IMG/VR virus record: IMGVR_UViG_3300037455_000372
Coordinates: 267,710-331,709 of that record
Strand: one strand, 5' to 3'
Length of the DNA stretch: 64,000 nt
Source of the DNA: a virus
Lineage: Duplodnaviria; Heunggongvirae; Uroviricota; Caudoviricetes
Shown here one piece after another: positions 1-10,173 of this stretch. Each line of letters starts with the position of its first letter. Position 1 is the first letter of the stretch. Both the position numbers and the translations under genes were made by a program. A model generated the notes under the pieces. The model was not told the origin of the DNA and did not search any database. It worked only from the letters and a program-made list of their open reading frames with translations.

Positions 1-300
1 AGACTTGCGATCCTTCGGGTTCTTCGGCGGCTCGACAGTCCCTTCAGTGGACACCTTCGACTGGATATTTTGGGCAATCTGCTCAGCAATCTTTTTGAAG
101 GTTTCCGTCGGAAGTTCCTCAGTCATCCAACCGGCGGCGACCAGCTCTTCTTGGAAACAAGAGACGATCGACACGTTCATATCGAAATGTTTGAGGAGTT
201 TGACGATTCCGCCGTTATTGGCGAGAGAGGGGGTGACGTTGCCCTTCGGCTTTCCAATCACCACCTTGATCTGTTCATTCGATTCAATCGGCTTGCTCAT
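1..300 (-). CDS. hypothetical protein, truncated at window start (MSKPIESNEQIKVVIGKPKG...)
   Basis: ATG at 300 preceded by AAGGA; open frame to position 1; not in the ORF track because it runs off the edge. Confidence 0.6.
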   Translation of the reverse strand, partial: MSKPIESNEQIKVVIGKPKGNVTPSLANNGGIVKLLKHFDMNVSIVSCFQEELVAAGWMTEELPTETFKKIAEQIAQNIQSKVSTEGTVEPPKNPKDRKS

Positions 301-419
301 TCTGTGAGTTCCTTGTGTATACACTAGATAAATTATATCAGTGTGTAACAATGTGTTGACGACATAATAAAAATTCTAAATTTGAATTGCAAATCGCTTT
401 GAAAATTATTTTTAAAGTG

Positions 420-448
420 TTGACAGATAACGGAATAAAAATTATATT
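420..448 (+). promoter_or_regulatory. sigma70-type promoter
   Basis: TTGACA(420)-17 nt-TATATT(443) with AT-rich upstream tract. Confidence 0.7.
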
Positions 449-483
449 TAGCGCAACCAACTAAACCCCACGAGGAAACTTAA

Positions 484-1236
484 TTGAGCAAACACCGCAA
501 CCGCCGCAAGGCAAAACGAATATTCCTGACCGTCGAAACAATTATATTGTTGGCACTCGTCGCCGCCGTGTCCTATCTGGCTGGTTCATACACCCACGGG
601 TTCGACTTGATTTCCGAAAAGCTGACCGCGTCCGCGCTTCACGCCGACTCTATGGGGCTGAAGCTGGACAGTCTCGACGCTCACGTAGCCGCGCTTCACG
701 AAATCACCGAATCCAACCGTTCCCGTTCCAGACAAATTGCTATGGGGTCGCGCATTATCAAGTCGGTAAGGACTGAAATCGACGCCCGTTATGCGGCGAA
801 GCTCGCTAGACTGATTTATGACGAATCCGAGTACAACAACAGCATCGAATATCCGTTCTTGCTTGCCATCATAGCGGTCGAGTCAAGATTCAACACGGAA
901 GCGGTCTCACCGGCTGGAGCCATAGGGCTAGGCCAGCTGATGCCGAAAACCGCCGAAAGTATGGCTCGCCACGCCGGAATGGAGTTCAAGCCGTCTCTGC
1001 TTACCGAGCCTAGGTACAATATCAAGCTGTCTGTACAGTTTCTGACCAAGCTCCATACCCAGTTCGGCAACAATGTGTTGGTCGCAGCCGCTTACAATGG
1101 CGGTCCGGGCGGCGCAATGAAGTACAAGAAATGGATGGACGGCGAGGCCGAACAGGACTCCGTTCATAAGGAAACCGTATCCTATGTGAGCAAGGTAATG
1201 GAAAAATACTATGCTTACAGGTCACTCTTACAGTAG
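484..1236 (+). CDS. lytic transglycosylase (SLT domain) with N-terminal membrane anchor
   Basis: AIIAVES, SPAGAIGLGQLMP, AAYNGGPG, ETxxYV motifs; TTG start after GAGG. Confidence 0.9.
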   Translation: MSKHRNRRKAKRIFLTVETIILLALVAAVSYLAGSYTHGFDLISEKLTASALHADSMGLKLDSLDAHVAALHEITESNRSRSRQIAMGSRIIKSVRTEIDARYAAKLARLIYDESEYNNSIEYPFLLAIIAVESRFNTEAVSPAGAIGLGQLMPKTAESMARHAGMEFKPSLLTEPRYNIKLSVQFLTKLHTQFGNNVLVAAAYNGGPGGAMKYKKWMDGEAEQDSVHKETVSYVSKVMEKYYAYRSLLQ

Positions 1237-1244
1237 GAGGCACT

Positions 1245-1424
1245 ATGTGGACTTTAATTCTCGTATTAACGGTTAATGCTTCGGTTTTTTCGGATCCGCA
1301 AGCTATGATGACCAATATCCCCGGCTACACATCCAAGGAAAACTGCGTAGAGGCTGGCAAATCCCTTGCCAAGGAAAATCAAAAACGCGGTTCTTGGCTT
1401 TTTCATTGTGTCGAAGTAAAATGA
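1245..1424 (+). CDS. small exported hypothetical protein (59 aa, MWTLILVL...)
   Basis: AGGAGG RBS; hydrophobic N-terminus; two Cys; below ORF-track cutoff. Confidence 0.6.
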   Translation: MWTLILVLTVNASVFSDPQAMMTNIPGYTSKENCVEAGKSLAKENQKRGSWLFHCVEVK

Positions 1425-1425
1425 G

Positions 1426-1454
1426 TTGACAACTCGCGAGCAAATTCCTATATT
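1426..1454 (+). promoter_or_regulatory. sigma70-type promoter, predicted leaderless thyX transcript
   Basis: TTGACA-17-TATATT then 6 nt to ATG 1461. Confidence 0.7.
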
Positions 1455-1460
1455 TAGAGT

Positions 1461-2192
1461 ATGAGTATTCAAATTTTATCAATTACGAACAATCCGCTCC
1501 AGTTCATCGGTCGTTGCGCTGGAATCTGCTGGAATTCCCCCATTGACGACCCCGAAAAGAACATCGCACGCGCCAAGGACTGCATCGAAAGCGACCACGG
1601 TCGTGTTGAAGAATTTCCGGACATTACCGTCGTGTTTGACGGCTACTCGGCCAGAATGATGCGCGAATTGTACACGCACATCGGCGGTAGTCCGACCCGT
1701 CTGCAGTCGTCCACTCGCTACGTGAACGAAAAGAATTTCAAGCATTACACTCCGCCTTCTTGCCAGAAGGAAGGTGTCAAGGAAGTCTACGAAGAAGCTA
1801 TGCAGCACGACGCCGAAGTGTATGGAAAGCTTATCGAGTTGGGCGTACCTCGTGAAGATGCGGCTAACAAGCTTCCCCTTGGAATGGAATCCAAGATGGT
1901 TTGGAAGGTCAATCTCCGTACGCTGATCAACTTCTTCAACCGCCGTCTCTGCACTCGTGCGCTGAAGGAAATCCGCGACTTCACGCTTGAATTTAAGAAT
2001 GTATTCAAATCGGTCGATGACGAATGGAAGTGGATTGCCGATAACCTCTTCGTACCGTCGTGCGAGAAGTACAAATTTATGAACTCGGCTCTTTGCTTCT
2101 GCCACGAAAAGAAGGGTTGCGGTCGTCATCCGTACATCAAGGACTTGATTATTAGCACAAACAAGGAAGGACAGAATGGAAATCAACATTAA
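1461..2192 (+). CDS. thyX: FAD-dependent thymidylate synthase (variant motif)
   Basis: HGRVEEF, RELYTH...QSSTRY, G(V)PREDAA, NLRTLINF, EIR motifs. Confidence 0.85.
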   Translation: MSIQILSITNNPLQFIGRCAGICWNSPIDDPEKNIARAKDCIESDHGRVEEFPDITVVFDGYSARMMRELYTHIGGSPTRLQSSTRYVNEKNFKHYTPPSCQKEGVKEVYEEAMQHDAEVYGKLIELGVPREDAANKLPLGMESKMVWKVNLRTLINFFNRRLCTRALKEIRDFTLEFKNVFKSVDDEWKWIADNLFVPSCEKYKFMNSALCFCHEKKGCGRHPYIKDLIISTNKEGQNGNQH

Positions 2193-2952
2193 CGACTACA
2201 CCAGACAACTCGCTGCCGTGGATTTTATCAAGCAGTGGAAGCCTAACCCGAACAACTCCGCAAAGAATCCAGCCGACGACATCGCTTGGCGTGCTGGGAA
2301 GATTCGCGATATGCTCAATATGATGGATTCCGAAGCGGAAGCCGTGAAGCAGTTGCTCGACTGTGATGTCCAGATTAAGAACCGTCCCAAGAATCTGCCG
2401 TCGATTGACCGTGTGTACGGTTTGCTCAAGGATGACAACGCAAAGCGTCGCAACCACTACAATCGCATCCTCAACACGTTCCAAGACCGTTTCGACGTGT
2501 GGAGCGAAGTGAACCAGATGGATGCCCACATCTATGCGGCTACCCTCGACCGTTTCACCGACAAGATGCAAGAAAACCGCTTCGAACCGGGCATTGAAAA
2601 CTACAAATTGCTCAAGCGTATTGACAAAACCGACGAATCGTTCTGGAAGAAGCTTGACGAACACACCAAGTATCACGATTACCAAGCGTACTACAACAAG
2701 CGTTTGGTAAAGCACGAACCCTTCAATCCGGAAGTCGACAAGCTCCCCGATGGCGCAAACTTCTACCGCGTGTTCACTTATCTTGGCCGTATGACGGATT
2801 CTCACCGTCCGCTGTTCGCAATGCTGTACATCACTCATTCGACCGGCGATATCAAGACCGACTTGTCGAAACTGCCCAGCAAGTGGAAGCCGATTTACAT
2901 TGCACTCCCTCAGATCAAGCCCGACACTCGTGGCGGCGTTATTACAGGTTGA
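2176..2952 (+). CDS. hypothetical protein
   Basis: 258 aa ORF with typical codon usage, overlapping neighbours. Confidence 0.75.
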   Translation: MEININDYTRQLAAVDFIKQWKPNPNNSAKNPADDIAWRAGKIRDMLNMMDSEAEAVKQLLDCDVQIKNRPKNLPSIDRVYGLLKDDNAKRRNHYNRILNTFQDRFDVWSEVNQMDAHIYAATLDRFTDKMQENRFEPGIENYKLLKRIDKTDESFWKKLDEHTKYHDYQAYYNKRLVKHEPFNPEVDKLPDGANFYRVFTYLGRMTDSHRPLFAMLYITHSTGDIKTDLSKLPSKWKPIYIALPQIKPDTRGGVITG

Positions 2953-2956
2953 TGAT

Positions 2957-5092
2957 ATGATTCAGACGTATGGTGAATACTGTAAAGTCGTTGACGAATT
3001 GAAGGAACTCGCCAAGGCGTACTATGACGGAAACGAAAAGGTGTCCGACGCCGTCTATGATGCCAAGGAACGCGAACTCCGCGCCTTCGAAATCGCCAAC
3101 CCGGACTTGGTTCTCGAAGACTCGCCGACTCGTAAAGTCTACGGTGCGCCGACTAGCGGTTTCCGTAAGGTTGCCCACAAGACTCCTATGGGGTCAATCA
3201 AGGACGCCCGTGGAATCGATGAAGCGTGCGCCTATGTCCGCAAGGTCAAGGAGCAGTACGGCGTTCAGTTCGTCGAACTCGAATACAAGCTTGATGGCGC
3301 AAGTCTCGCATTGATTTACAAGGATGGGGTTCTTGTCGATGCGGTGACTCGCGGTCAAGACAACGTAGGCGACTCCGTTGTCGAGAACGCCGTCAAGATC
3401 CAGGGCGTGAAGACCACTATTAAGCGTAAGGGTGACGTGGAAATCCGTGGTGAAACGCTCTGGAATTTCGAGGATTTCGAACAGTTCAACGAACAGCTCG
3501 AAGCTGAAGGCAAGAAGGAACTGATTTCCAATCCGCGTAACGGCGCGGCGGCCTCCTTGCACTTGAAGTGTCCCGACGACGTGGAACGCCGTAAGCTGAG
3601 GTTCACCGCCTATATCGTGGCCGAAGGCTCCGAAAGCTCCACCCAGATTGGCGACGTGGAATACCTCGAATCCGAAGGCTTTGAAGTACCGCCGCACGTC
3701 GTGGTCGATATCTCTGGTGATGACGGCATCGAAAAGTTCAAGGAAGCTGCGGAAAAGCTCCGCGAGAACCGTTTCAATATGCCGTATCCCATTGACGGTG
3801 TGGTCGTCAAGGTCAACGACAAGACTCTCCACGACGAGATGGGCTACACGTCGAAGTTCCCCAACTTCTACAGTGCCTACAAGTTCCCGCCGGAGGAAAA
3901 GGACACTGTGCTTCTCGGCATCGAAGAGTCCATCGGACCGTCTGGTGCGATTACGCCGATTGCCGTGTTCGAGACAATCTCTCTTGCGATGACCAACGTG
4001 TCTCGTTGTTCTCTGCATAACTGGAACTTGGTCGAATACTTCGGTATGTACAAGGGTTGCCACGTCAGAATCCGCAAGGCTGGCGAAATCATCCCGGAAA
4101 TCGTTATGTGCGTGGAAACAGGGGTTTCCAAGGACGATTACGACTTGATTACGGCTACCAACGGTAAAGTCGAACGCTATGTCGACCGGGTACTTTCCAA
4201 GAGACTTATTGGAAACGACAAGGAATTCTATCTTAGGCCGACGGAATGTCCGTTCTGCCACGCTCCGCTTCGTCACGCGACGAACGCGAAGGGTGAGGAT
4301 CTGGTCGACTGGGTTTGCGATAACCCGGAATGTACTGCCCAGATGGTCGAAAAGGTCAAGAATTTCGCCGACCGCAAGGTTATGAATATCCGTGGCTTTG
4401 GCGAAAAGATGATTCAGAAGCTTTTCGATGCTGGCAAAATCGGAACCTTCGACGACATTTACCGTCTGACCGCCCAAGATTTGATGGACGCTTGTGGTTG
4501 CCGCGAGGCGAAGGCCAAGGAACATATCGCGAATATCGAGAAGTCCAAGGGTAACTATCTCCATCAGTGGATTGAAGGTTTTGGAATCAGCGGTATCGGC
4601 CATACGGCTTCGCCGGTGCTTGCGGAATGCATCAACCAGTGCGGCGGTATGAAGGAATTTGTCGGCCCCGAAGCAATCAATCGCTTGGAATCGCTCACTT
4701 TCTACGCAAAGAAAGCTGGCCTTACCGACACTCTGATTGACAAGTTCGGCGAGTTCATCAAGAACCAGCAAGTGATGCTTGGAAACCTCGTGGCGGCTGG
4801 TATTCCCTTTACCGTGAAGGAAAGCAACATCAAGTCCACCAAGCTCAAAGACCGCGTCTGCATTATGACTGGCGTGTTCGACAAGCTCGGTCGCGAGGAG
4901 TTCAAGGAAATGGTCGTTGCCAATGGCGGCAAGGTTTGTTCCGGTATCACCAAGAAGACCAACCTTGTCCTTATGGGCGACAATGCCGGACCGGCAAAGA
5001 AGACGGCAATCGAAGAACTGCAGAATGCTGGGTTCAAGATTGATGTCTATACGCCGGACACTCTCCAAGAGTTCCTTGACCTCTTGGCATAA
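2957..5092 (+). CDS. ligA: NAD-dependent DNA ligase
   Basis: YY..SDAVYD, KLDG adenylation motif, TRG, EIRGE, NPRN, AYKFP, Zn finger CPFC..C..C, HhH, C-terminal BRCT; start reassigned to ATG 2957. Confidence 0.95.
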   Translation: MIQTYGEYCKVVDELKELAKAYYDGNEKVSDAVYDAKERELRAFEIANPDLVLEDSPTRKVYGAPTSGFRKVAHKTPMGSIKDARGIDEACAYVRKVKEQYGVQFVELEYKLDGASLALIYKDGVLVDAVTRGQDNVGDSVVENAVKIQGVKTTIKRKGDVEIRGETLWNFEDFEQFNEQLEAEGKKELISNPRNGAAASLHLKCPDDVERRKLRFTAYIVAEGSESSTQIGDVEYLESEGFEVPPHVVVDISGDDGIEKFKEAAEKLRENRFNMPYPIDGVVVKVNDKTLHDEMGYTSKFPNFYSAYKFPPEEKDTVLLGIEESIGPSGAITPIAVFETISLAMTNVSRCSLHNWNLVEYFGMYKGCHVRIRKAGEIIPEIVMCVETGVSKDDYDLITATNGKVERYVDRVLSKRLIGNDKEFYLRPTECPFCHAPLRHATNAKGEDLVDWVCDNPECTAQMVEKVKNFADRKVMNIRGFGEKMIQKLFDAGKIGTFDDIYRLTAQDLMDACGCREAKAKEHIANIEKSKGNYLHQWIEGFGISGIGHTASPVLAECINQCGGMKEFVGPEAINRLESLTFYAKKAGLTDTLIDKFGEFIKNQQVMLGNLVAAGIPFTVKESNIKSTKLKDRVCIMTGVFDKLGREEFKEMVVANGGKVCSGITKKTNLVLMGDNAGPAKKTAIEELQNAGFKIDVYTPDTLQEFLDLLA

Positions 5093-5107
5093 CAAAAGGA
5101 GACCCTT

Positions 5108-5497
5108 ATGCAACTCTTTACCGTAGACAGACCCAAGGAATTCATTTCCGACGGCGGCAATCCCAGTGGGACGACCGCGACTATCCAGTTCCGTTATTCG
5201 GAAATGGTGCTTCTTGAACACGCCTTGAATGCCTACAAGGAAAGATGCGAGGCCGAAGGGGAAGCGATTAGCGAAGACGACAAACTCTTAATGTGGCAGT
5301 TCCGTGCGTTGCGCGGCCTCTTGAAGCACGGTGCTCCGGACGGGTTTGACGCCGAGCTATATGTTCACGAAATCAAGCACGGAAAGACGTGCTTTGATGA
5401 TGAAATCGAAGAAGAGAAGGAAAGGATGAAACAGCATGGCAGCACAGTCGAAACAGAAAACTCCGCGAAAGCTCGCGGTCAGTCTAAAAAGAAGTAA
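5108..5497 (+). CDS. hypothetical protein
   Basis: AAGGAG RBS, 129 aa. Confidence 0.7.
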   Translation: MQLFTVDRPKEFISDGGNPSGTTATIQFRYSEMVLLEHALNAYKERCEAEGEAISEDDKLLMWQFRALRGLLKHGAPDGFDAELYVHEIKHGKTCFDDEIEEEKERMKQHGSTVETENSAKARGQSKKK

Positions 5498-6194
5498 GCC
5501 CAAGGCGGACGACGGCGGAATGGTCGTATTTCCGACGGCATCCGGGAAGCTCGCCACTACTTGGATTAAGAATGTCGACAACATCATTTCCGAGGGTACC
5601 GGAAATATCAGCGTTGACCGGCTGAAGGTTATGCAGGGGAAGCTCAAGACCGCATTGGACTTGGTAACCAACCGAATTACCGAGGAAGAAGTCAAACAGT
5701 CCGAAAAGAAATCTGTCAAGCGCAAGTATGAGATGCTGAACGATTTCTGCAAGAACTGGGTAGGCAAGGCGGTTTGTTTGCGTATGCGCGACCATCACAG
5801 TCCGGCTCTAACGTTGCTCGTATGTAAAGTCGAGATAGGCACTGACCAAATCGTGCGTATCGAAGGTGTACGATATAACTATAAGGATGATTGTGGTGTG
5901 TCTACGCTTTCCAATTATATCGTAAATGTGTCGGTTGAAAACATTACGGTGCAAGACCGTATCTGCTTCTATACGATAGATCCAGGGAAGCCGTACGAAC
6001 TGGTGATAGATGTCGGCAGAACAACGCCAATTAACGCAGAAACCATTATCAAATTTGTGGAAACCACGGCGAAAATGGTTGCAATGTGCAAAGAAAAACA
6101 GCCGGACCCGAAGAAACCAGAGGTAAATAAATGTCAAAACAAAGTGAAACTGAAAAGAAAGTTCGTGCGACCGGAACGCTTGTCTTCAAAGTAA
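5436..6194 (+). CDS. hypothetical protein
   Basis: 252 aa ORF in operon context. Confidence 0.65.
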   Translation: MAAQSKQKTPRKLAVSLKRSKPKADDGGMVVFPTASGKLATTWIKNVDNIISEGTGNISVDRLKVMQGKLKTALDLVTNRITEEEVKQSEKKSVKRKYEMLNDFCKNWVGKAVCLRMRDHHSPALTLLVCKVEIGTDQIVRIEGVRYNYKDDCGVSTLSNYIVNVSVENITVQDRICFYTIDPGKPYELVIDVGRTTPINAETIIKFVETTAKMVAMCKEKQPDPKKPEVNKCQNKVKLKRKFVRPERLSSK

Positions 6195-7321
6195 TTTCCG
6201 GTTCTACATCGTTTGGCCTGAATACGCCTACTTCGGATATTGATATCCGTGGCGTCTATGTGTTGCCGTGGACAGAACGAATCCGTCAAGACGTGGGCGA
6301 CCAGATTGCTGACGCTACCAATGACGAGACGTACTGGGAAATCACCAAGTTTTTCCGCGAGCTTTCTCGTGCAAATCCGCAAGCACTCGAAATGCTGTAC
6401 TCTCCGGATAACTGCATCCTCGAAGGCAAGGAGTATCTGGAGAAGATTCGCGAAGAGATGGACTTCGTCACGCGCCGTTGCGAGAAGACATTCGTCGAAT
6501 ACGCCAAGGGTCAGATCAACCGCGCTCGCGGTATGAACAAGAAGGTGTTCAATCCGCAAGCGGCGAATCCGCCCAAGATTCTCGACTTCTGCTATGTTCC
6601 GATGCCGAACGGAACCGCTGTCCCGGTAAAGGAATGGCTGAAGACCCACGAGAATGACGAATACGGTTCCGACCAGAAATGGTACTCCGTCGCCGCTATC
6701 GACCACATCGATATGGGGTTCGCCATCTATGGCCAGTCCAAGAACGAACGTGACGTTCCTAACCTCAATGAACACGAATGGCGTTGGGCGTACGGTATCG
6801 TCCGTAACGAGGACACTAGCTGCGAAATCCAGCTGAACTCCATACCGAAGGGTAAGGTGATGCTCGGCGTGATGATCTACAACAAGAACGCGTTCTCGAA
6901 GGCTTGCAAGGAACATTCCGAGTACAAGGAATGGGTCGCGAAGCGAAACCCGGAGCGTTACGAGACCACCATTGCTCACGGTCAGGGTTACGACGCCAAG
7001 AATATGATGCATTGCATCAGGCTTCTGTTCACGGCTCGCGACATCGCGATGACTCACCGTGTCGTGGTCAGCCGCAAGAACGAGCGCGACTTCTTGCTGA
7101 ACATCAAGAACGGCGGCTGGAGCTATGACGACGCGGTTTCCTACGCTGAAAAGCTGGTGTCGGAAGTCACGACGCTGTTCGCGAACTCTCAGCTCCGTAC
7201 TACCGACTACACGGTGCGCGAAATCGACGACTATACGATTAAGTTCATCCGTTATGTCGAGTGGAAGACGGCACGTCGTGGATCGACCAAATGGTTTAGC
7301 CGTTTCTTCCAGAAAAAGTAA
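6131..7321 (+). CDS. Pol-beta superfamily nucleotidyltransferase (RlaP/YcgL-like)
   Basis: GSTSFGLNTPTSDIDIRGV, ANPQALEML, GYDAKNMMHCIRL motifs. Confidence 0.85.
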   Translation: MSKQSETEKKVRATGTLVFKVISGSTSFGLNTPTSDIDIRGVYVLPWTERIRQDVGDQIADATNDETYWEITKFFRELSRANPQALEMLYSPDNCILEGKEYLEKIREEMDFVTRRCEKTFVEYAKGQINRARGMNKKVFNPQAANPPKILDFCYVPMPNGTAVPVKEWLKTHENDEYGSDQKWYSVAAIDHIDMGFAIYGQSKNERDVPNLNEHEWRWAYGIVRNEDTSCEIQLNSIPKGKVMLGVMIYNKNAFSKACKEHSEYKEWVAKRNPERYETTIAHGQGYDAKNMMHCIRLLFTARDIAMTHRVVVSRKNERDFLLNIKNGGWSYDDAVSYAEKLVSEVTTLFANSQLRTTDYTVREIDDYTIKFIRYVEWKTARRGSTKWFSRFFQKK

Positions 7322-7341
7322 TGGGTAAAATAAGAAAAAAC

Positions 7342-7384
7342 AACGGCTCGAAGAATTGACATTTTCGAGCCGTTTTGCTATATT
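7342..7384 (+). terminator. intrinsic terminator containing the next promoter
   Basis: stem AACGGCTCGAA/TTCGAGCCGTT + T run; TTGACA (7356) in loop, TATATT at 7379. Confidence 0.75.
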
Positions 7385-7390
7385 TAGGCT

Positions 7391-7588
7391 ATGTCAGACA
7401 AAAAGAAAAAAGAGTTGAGGCGAGTCCGTGTGTCTGTGACGGACTCCAACGGCACGGATATCGAAACGTACCGTATAATCGTTCCTCCGGATTCCACGAC
7501 CGAAAAAGAAATGGAATGGCGTATGGAATATGTGAAGGGGTTCGGTACTTGGGGTATCGAATCCGACGATTTAATCAAGGAGATTTAA
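7391..7588 (+). CDS. small hypothetical protein (leaderless)
   Basis: 65 aa; ATG 6 nt after -10. Confidence 0.65.
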   Translation: MSDKKKKELRRVRVSVTDSNGTDIETYRIIVPPDSTTEKEMEWRMEYVKGFGTWGIESDDLIKEI

Positions 7589-7589
7589 A

Positions 7590-8300
7590 ATGGTCGACAA
7601 TAGCGTTGAAATCAAGAAGCTGATGCATTGGGAAATGGAAGGCGACGTGTACTACGTCCAAGTTATGAGGCGAGCCAAGGACGGTGCCGACCACGACGGC
7701 CCCGTTAAGGATTTCCATATCCACAGCCTTGAACAGTTCGACCGTGAATACCCCGAAATGAAGCGTCTTGCCGAGCTGCACAAGGCTCGCGTTATGATTC
7801 GTCTTAATCAGCGCAACACGATGGACGCGAACATTCTTACCCAGATGGACACGCTCCGTACCCAGCTCGAAATCAACCGCGTTCTCCGCAAGATCAAGCG
7901 TACCGGCGACGCTACGCTCGGTCTGCCGAACATCCAGTCCGCGCACAAGAGTTACAGCAGTGCTCTCGGTAGGTGCAATACCGAGGCGTCCGAGACTCGC
8001 AAGTGGATTATCGACATCGACCCGGATATGGTTGACCCGAACAAGCCGGGGTTCGAATCTCTTGACGAAATTGCAGAGACCTTCGGCAAGTTCATCGTAG
8101 AGAACTGCGCCAAGAAGGAAAAGAAGACCGGTAACTTGGTTGTTCCGAAGCTCTACTGCAAGCTTCCGTCCAAGCACGGCCTCCATCTGGTCACTAGTAC
8201 GTTTGCGGTCGATACGTTCACGAAACACTTCGGCAAGCCCAAGAACCAGCAAGGCTACATTATGGACGACGCCAACACAAACCTTTACATTCCGGATTAG
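7590..8300 (+). CDS. hypothetical protein, possible archaeo-eukaryotic primase (AEP)-fold
   Basis: AAGGAG RBS; WIIDID (DxD) and PSKHGLHL (SxxGxH) motifs. Confidence 0.5.
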   Translation: MVDNSVEIKKLMHWEMEGDVYYVQVMRRAKDGADHDGPVKDFHIHSLEQFDREYPEMKRLAELHKARVMIRLNQRNTMDANILTQMDTLRTQLEINRVLRKIKRTGDATLGLPNIQSAHKSYSSALGRCNTEASETRKWIIDIDPDMVDPNKPGFESLDEIAETFGKFIVENCAKKEKKTGNLVVPKLYCKLPSKHGLHLVTSTFAVDTFTKHFGKPKNQQGYIMDDANTNLYIPD

Positions 8301-8304
8301 TTGT

Positions 8305-8448
8305 ATGGGGATTAAGGAATTCAAGAAAACTATCGACAAGGCGGCTAAAACCGCCAAGTTCGCTATGTATGTGATTATGGTGGCTCGTATCGTGGTCGCC
8401 TTGTATCTGCGTGTCCATAAAGGCTTAGATGACGAAGATTATGAATAA
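8305..8448 (+). CDS. small membrane protein (47 aa)
   Basis: ATG 8305, one hydrophobic segment. Confidence 0.45.
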   Translation: MGIKEFKKTIDKAAKTAKFAMYVIMVARIVVALYLRVHKGLDDEDYE

Positions 8449-10144
8449 TGTGCCACAGCCAGCTGCTGAGCCGACGGCTCCCGAAAAAGTAGAGGAACAG
8501 TCTCCTCGCGACATTACCGATGCGATCAAGAAAATCAAGGACAGCGTGAGTGGACTGCCGAGCCTCTGGGTCGACAAGTCGGCAACGCTGAAGTCCGTGA
8601 TTAGTGACCTGTTTGAATGCGATACCATAAGGAACCGGTTCAAGAAGATTGGTTTCGATGCGTTCTTCGAAACCTTGATTTCCTATGACGCCGCCGAATA
8701 CATCTATGCGGTTGACTCCGCGATTTCTTTACTGGCTCCCGACTCGTTCATTCACAAGGTAACGGCGGTCGCTAGAAACGTGGCTCTGCTCGATTCTATG
8801 GTCGATCTGATTGCTGACAAAGTCTCGGTGACCGACGCGTTCAATGACACGACCGAAGTCAACAGGATTATGAAGGAGTGCAAGGATTGCCATATCCGTC
8901 CTAGGGATTTCGACTGCGATTCCGTCGAGAACGTGGAACTGTCGTCATTTTTCTTGTCGGCCTTTGTCGGTGTTCGCATCGGCGACTCTATCGAACTTGT
9001 GTCACCAAAGTTCCGTTCGTATGGCGACAAGAATATCGATACCGTACATTGCACGCTTGTTTACAGCACTGTAACTCTGGAAATGGACGAATACGGTCTG
9101 CTGTACCGTGACGCTCTGAAATTGTCGGCAATCTTAATTATCAAGGTCAAGGAGTTTAACGCCTATATCTTGCTTTCGCCTCGTGGAGGAGCTGACCGTC
9201 ACGACATAACCATCCGTCGCCTTTATACCGGTGGAATGACATTCTACGTCCTCCATCACAATAATGATGATGACGGTGAAATTAGTTGGGTTCGAGCACT
9301 GCCGTTTGCGACCATCGATATGTCCAAGAAGTATCTGAGCGTCTATAACGGCGGCTCGATCTATGCCAATGACCGTGCGGACTTCAGCAACCAAAGCAAG
9401 AGCGGTATCTTCGACGATAAAACCGAGGAACTGGTTGAAAGAATCGCGGACTCCGGAAAGAACCGCTGCTCACGCGCCTATGCGCTCGTGGGTATTCCCG
9501 GCACCGGAAAATCGTTCATTATGAACAAGCTGGCGTCAGATGACACGTCGTCGGCCATCATTGTGCCTTGCATCGGTGATGATGGCTTGAACTACGATAT
9601 GCAGCGCACTATAAACGTGATACTGCGGTCGCTGCCGCAAGAGCACGTTTTTATCCTTTTGGACGATTTCGACAAGTGTGTAGGAAGCAATAGTGACAAG
9701 GGTACGATTAACCAGATGCTTATCGAGTTCTTCACTAATCTGCACCGCAACTGTCCGGGTGGTGATAGTCACCGTACGTTTACCCTTATCGCGACTATGA
9801 ACAACCCGAAACTGCTCAATAACGCCATTATTAAGCGTTCTGAGCGTTTCGACGAAGTCATCGAGATTGGTTTGCCTCAACCAGAAGTATATGGAAAGCG
9901 TCTGGACAGCCTCAAGAAGGAAGGCGACTTGACCGACTTTACATCGTTCAAGTTCAGGCCAATCTATCGCTATATGAGGCACAAGGTCATAACGCTTGCC
10001 GACCTCGGCAACATCTATGATATTCTGCGCATCCACAGAAAGAAGTCCGGCGACGCTATCCGCTACACTGTGATGGATCTGATTTACGCTGTCAGGTTCA
10101 TTGGAAAGAACCGTTCGTCTGCAAGCAAAGAATACGAGATATAA
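8429..10144 (+). CDS. AAA+ ATPase with long N-terminal region
   Basis: Walker A GIPGTGKS, Walker B ILLDDFD, ATMNN, RSERFD arginine finger; start may be 8441. Confidence 0.85.
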   Translation: MTKIMNNVPQPAAEPTAPEKVEEQSPRDITDAIKKIKDSVSGLPSLWVDKSATLKSVISDLFECDTIRNRFKKIGFDAFFETLISYDAAEYIYAVDSAISLLAPDSFIHKVTAVARNVALLDSMVDLIADKVSVTDAFNDTTEVNRIMKECKDCHIRPRDFDCDSVENVELSSFFLSAFVGVRIGDSIELVSPKFRSYGDKNIDTVHCTLVYSTVTLEMDEYGLLYRDALKLSAILIIKVKEFNAYILLSPRGGADRHDITIRRLYTGGMTFYVLHHNNDDDGEISWVRALPFATIDMSKKYLSVYNGGSIYANDRADFSNQSKSGIFDDKTEELVERIADSGKNRCSRAYALVGIPGTGKSFIMNKLASDDTSSAIIVPCIGDDGLNYDMQRTINVILRSLPQEHVFILLDDFDKCVGSNSDKGTINQMLIEFFTNLHRNCPGGDSHRTFTLIATMNNPKLLNNAIIKRSERFDEVIEIGLPQPEVYGKRLDSLKKEGDLTDFTSFKFRPIYRYMRHKVITLADLGNIYDILRIHRKKSGDAIRYTVMDLIYAVRFIGKNRSSASKEYEI

Positions 10145-10173
10145 ACTGTATAGTAACTTATCGAGAGATTACT

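Noticed and set aside
3194-5221. Long antisense ORFs (675 aa here; also 11044-12285, 28133-29464, 29830-31302, 47333-48727)
   Set aside because: They mirror well-supported genes on the opposite strand, have no recognisable motifs, and are explained by strong codon bias that removes antisense stops.
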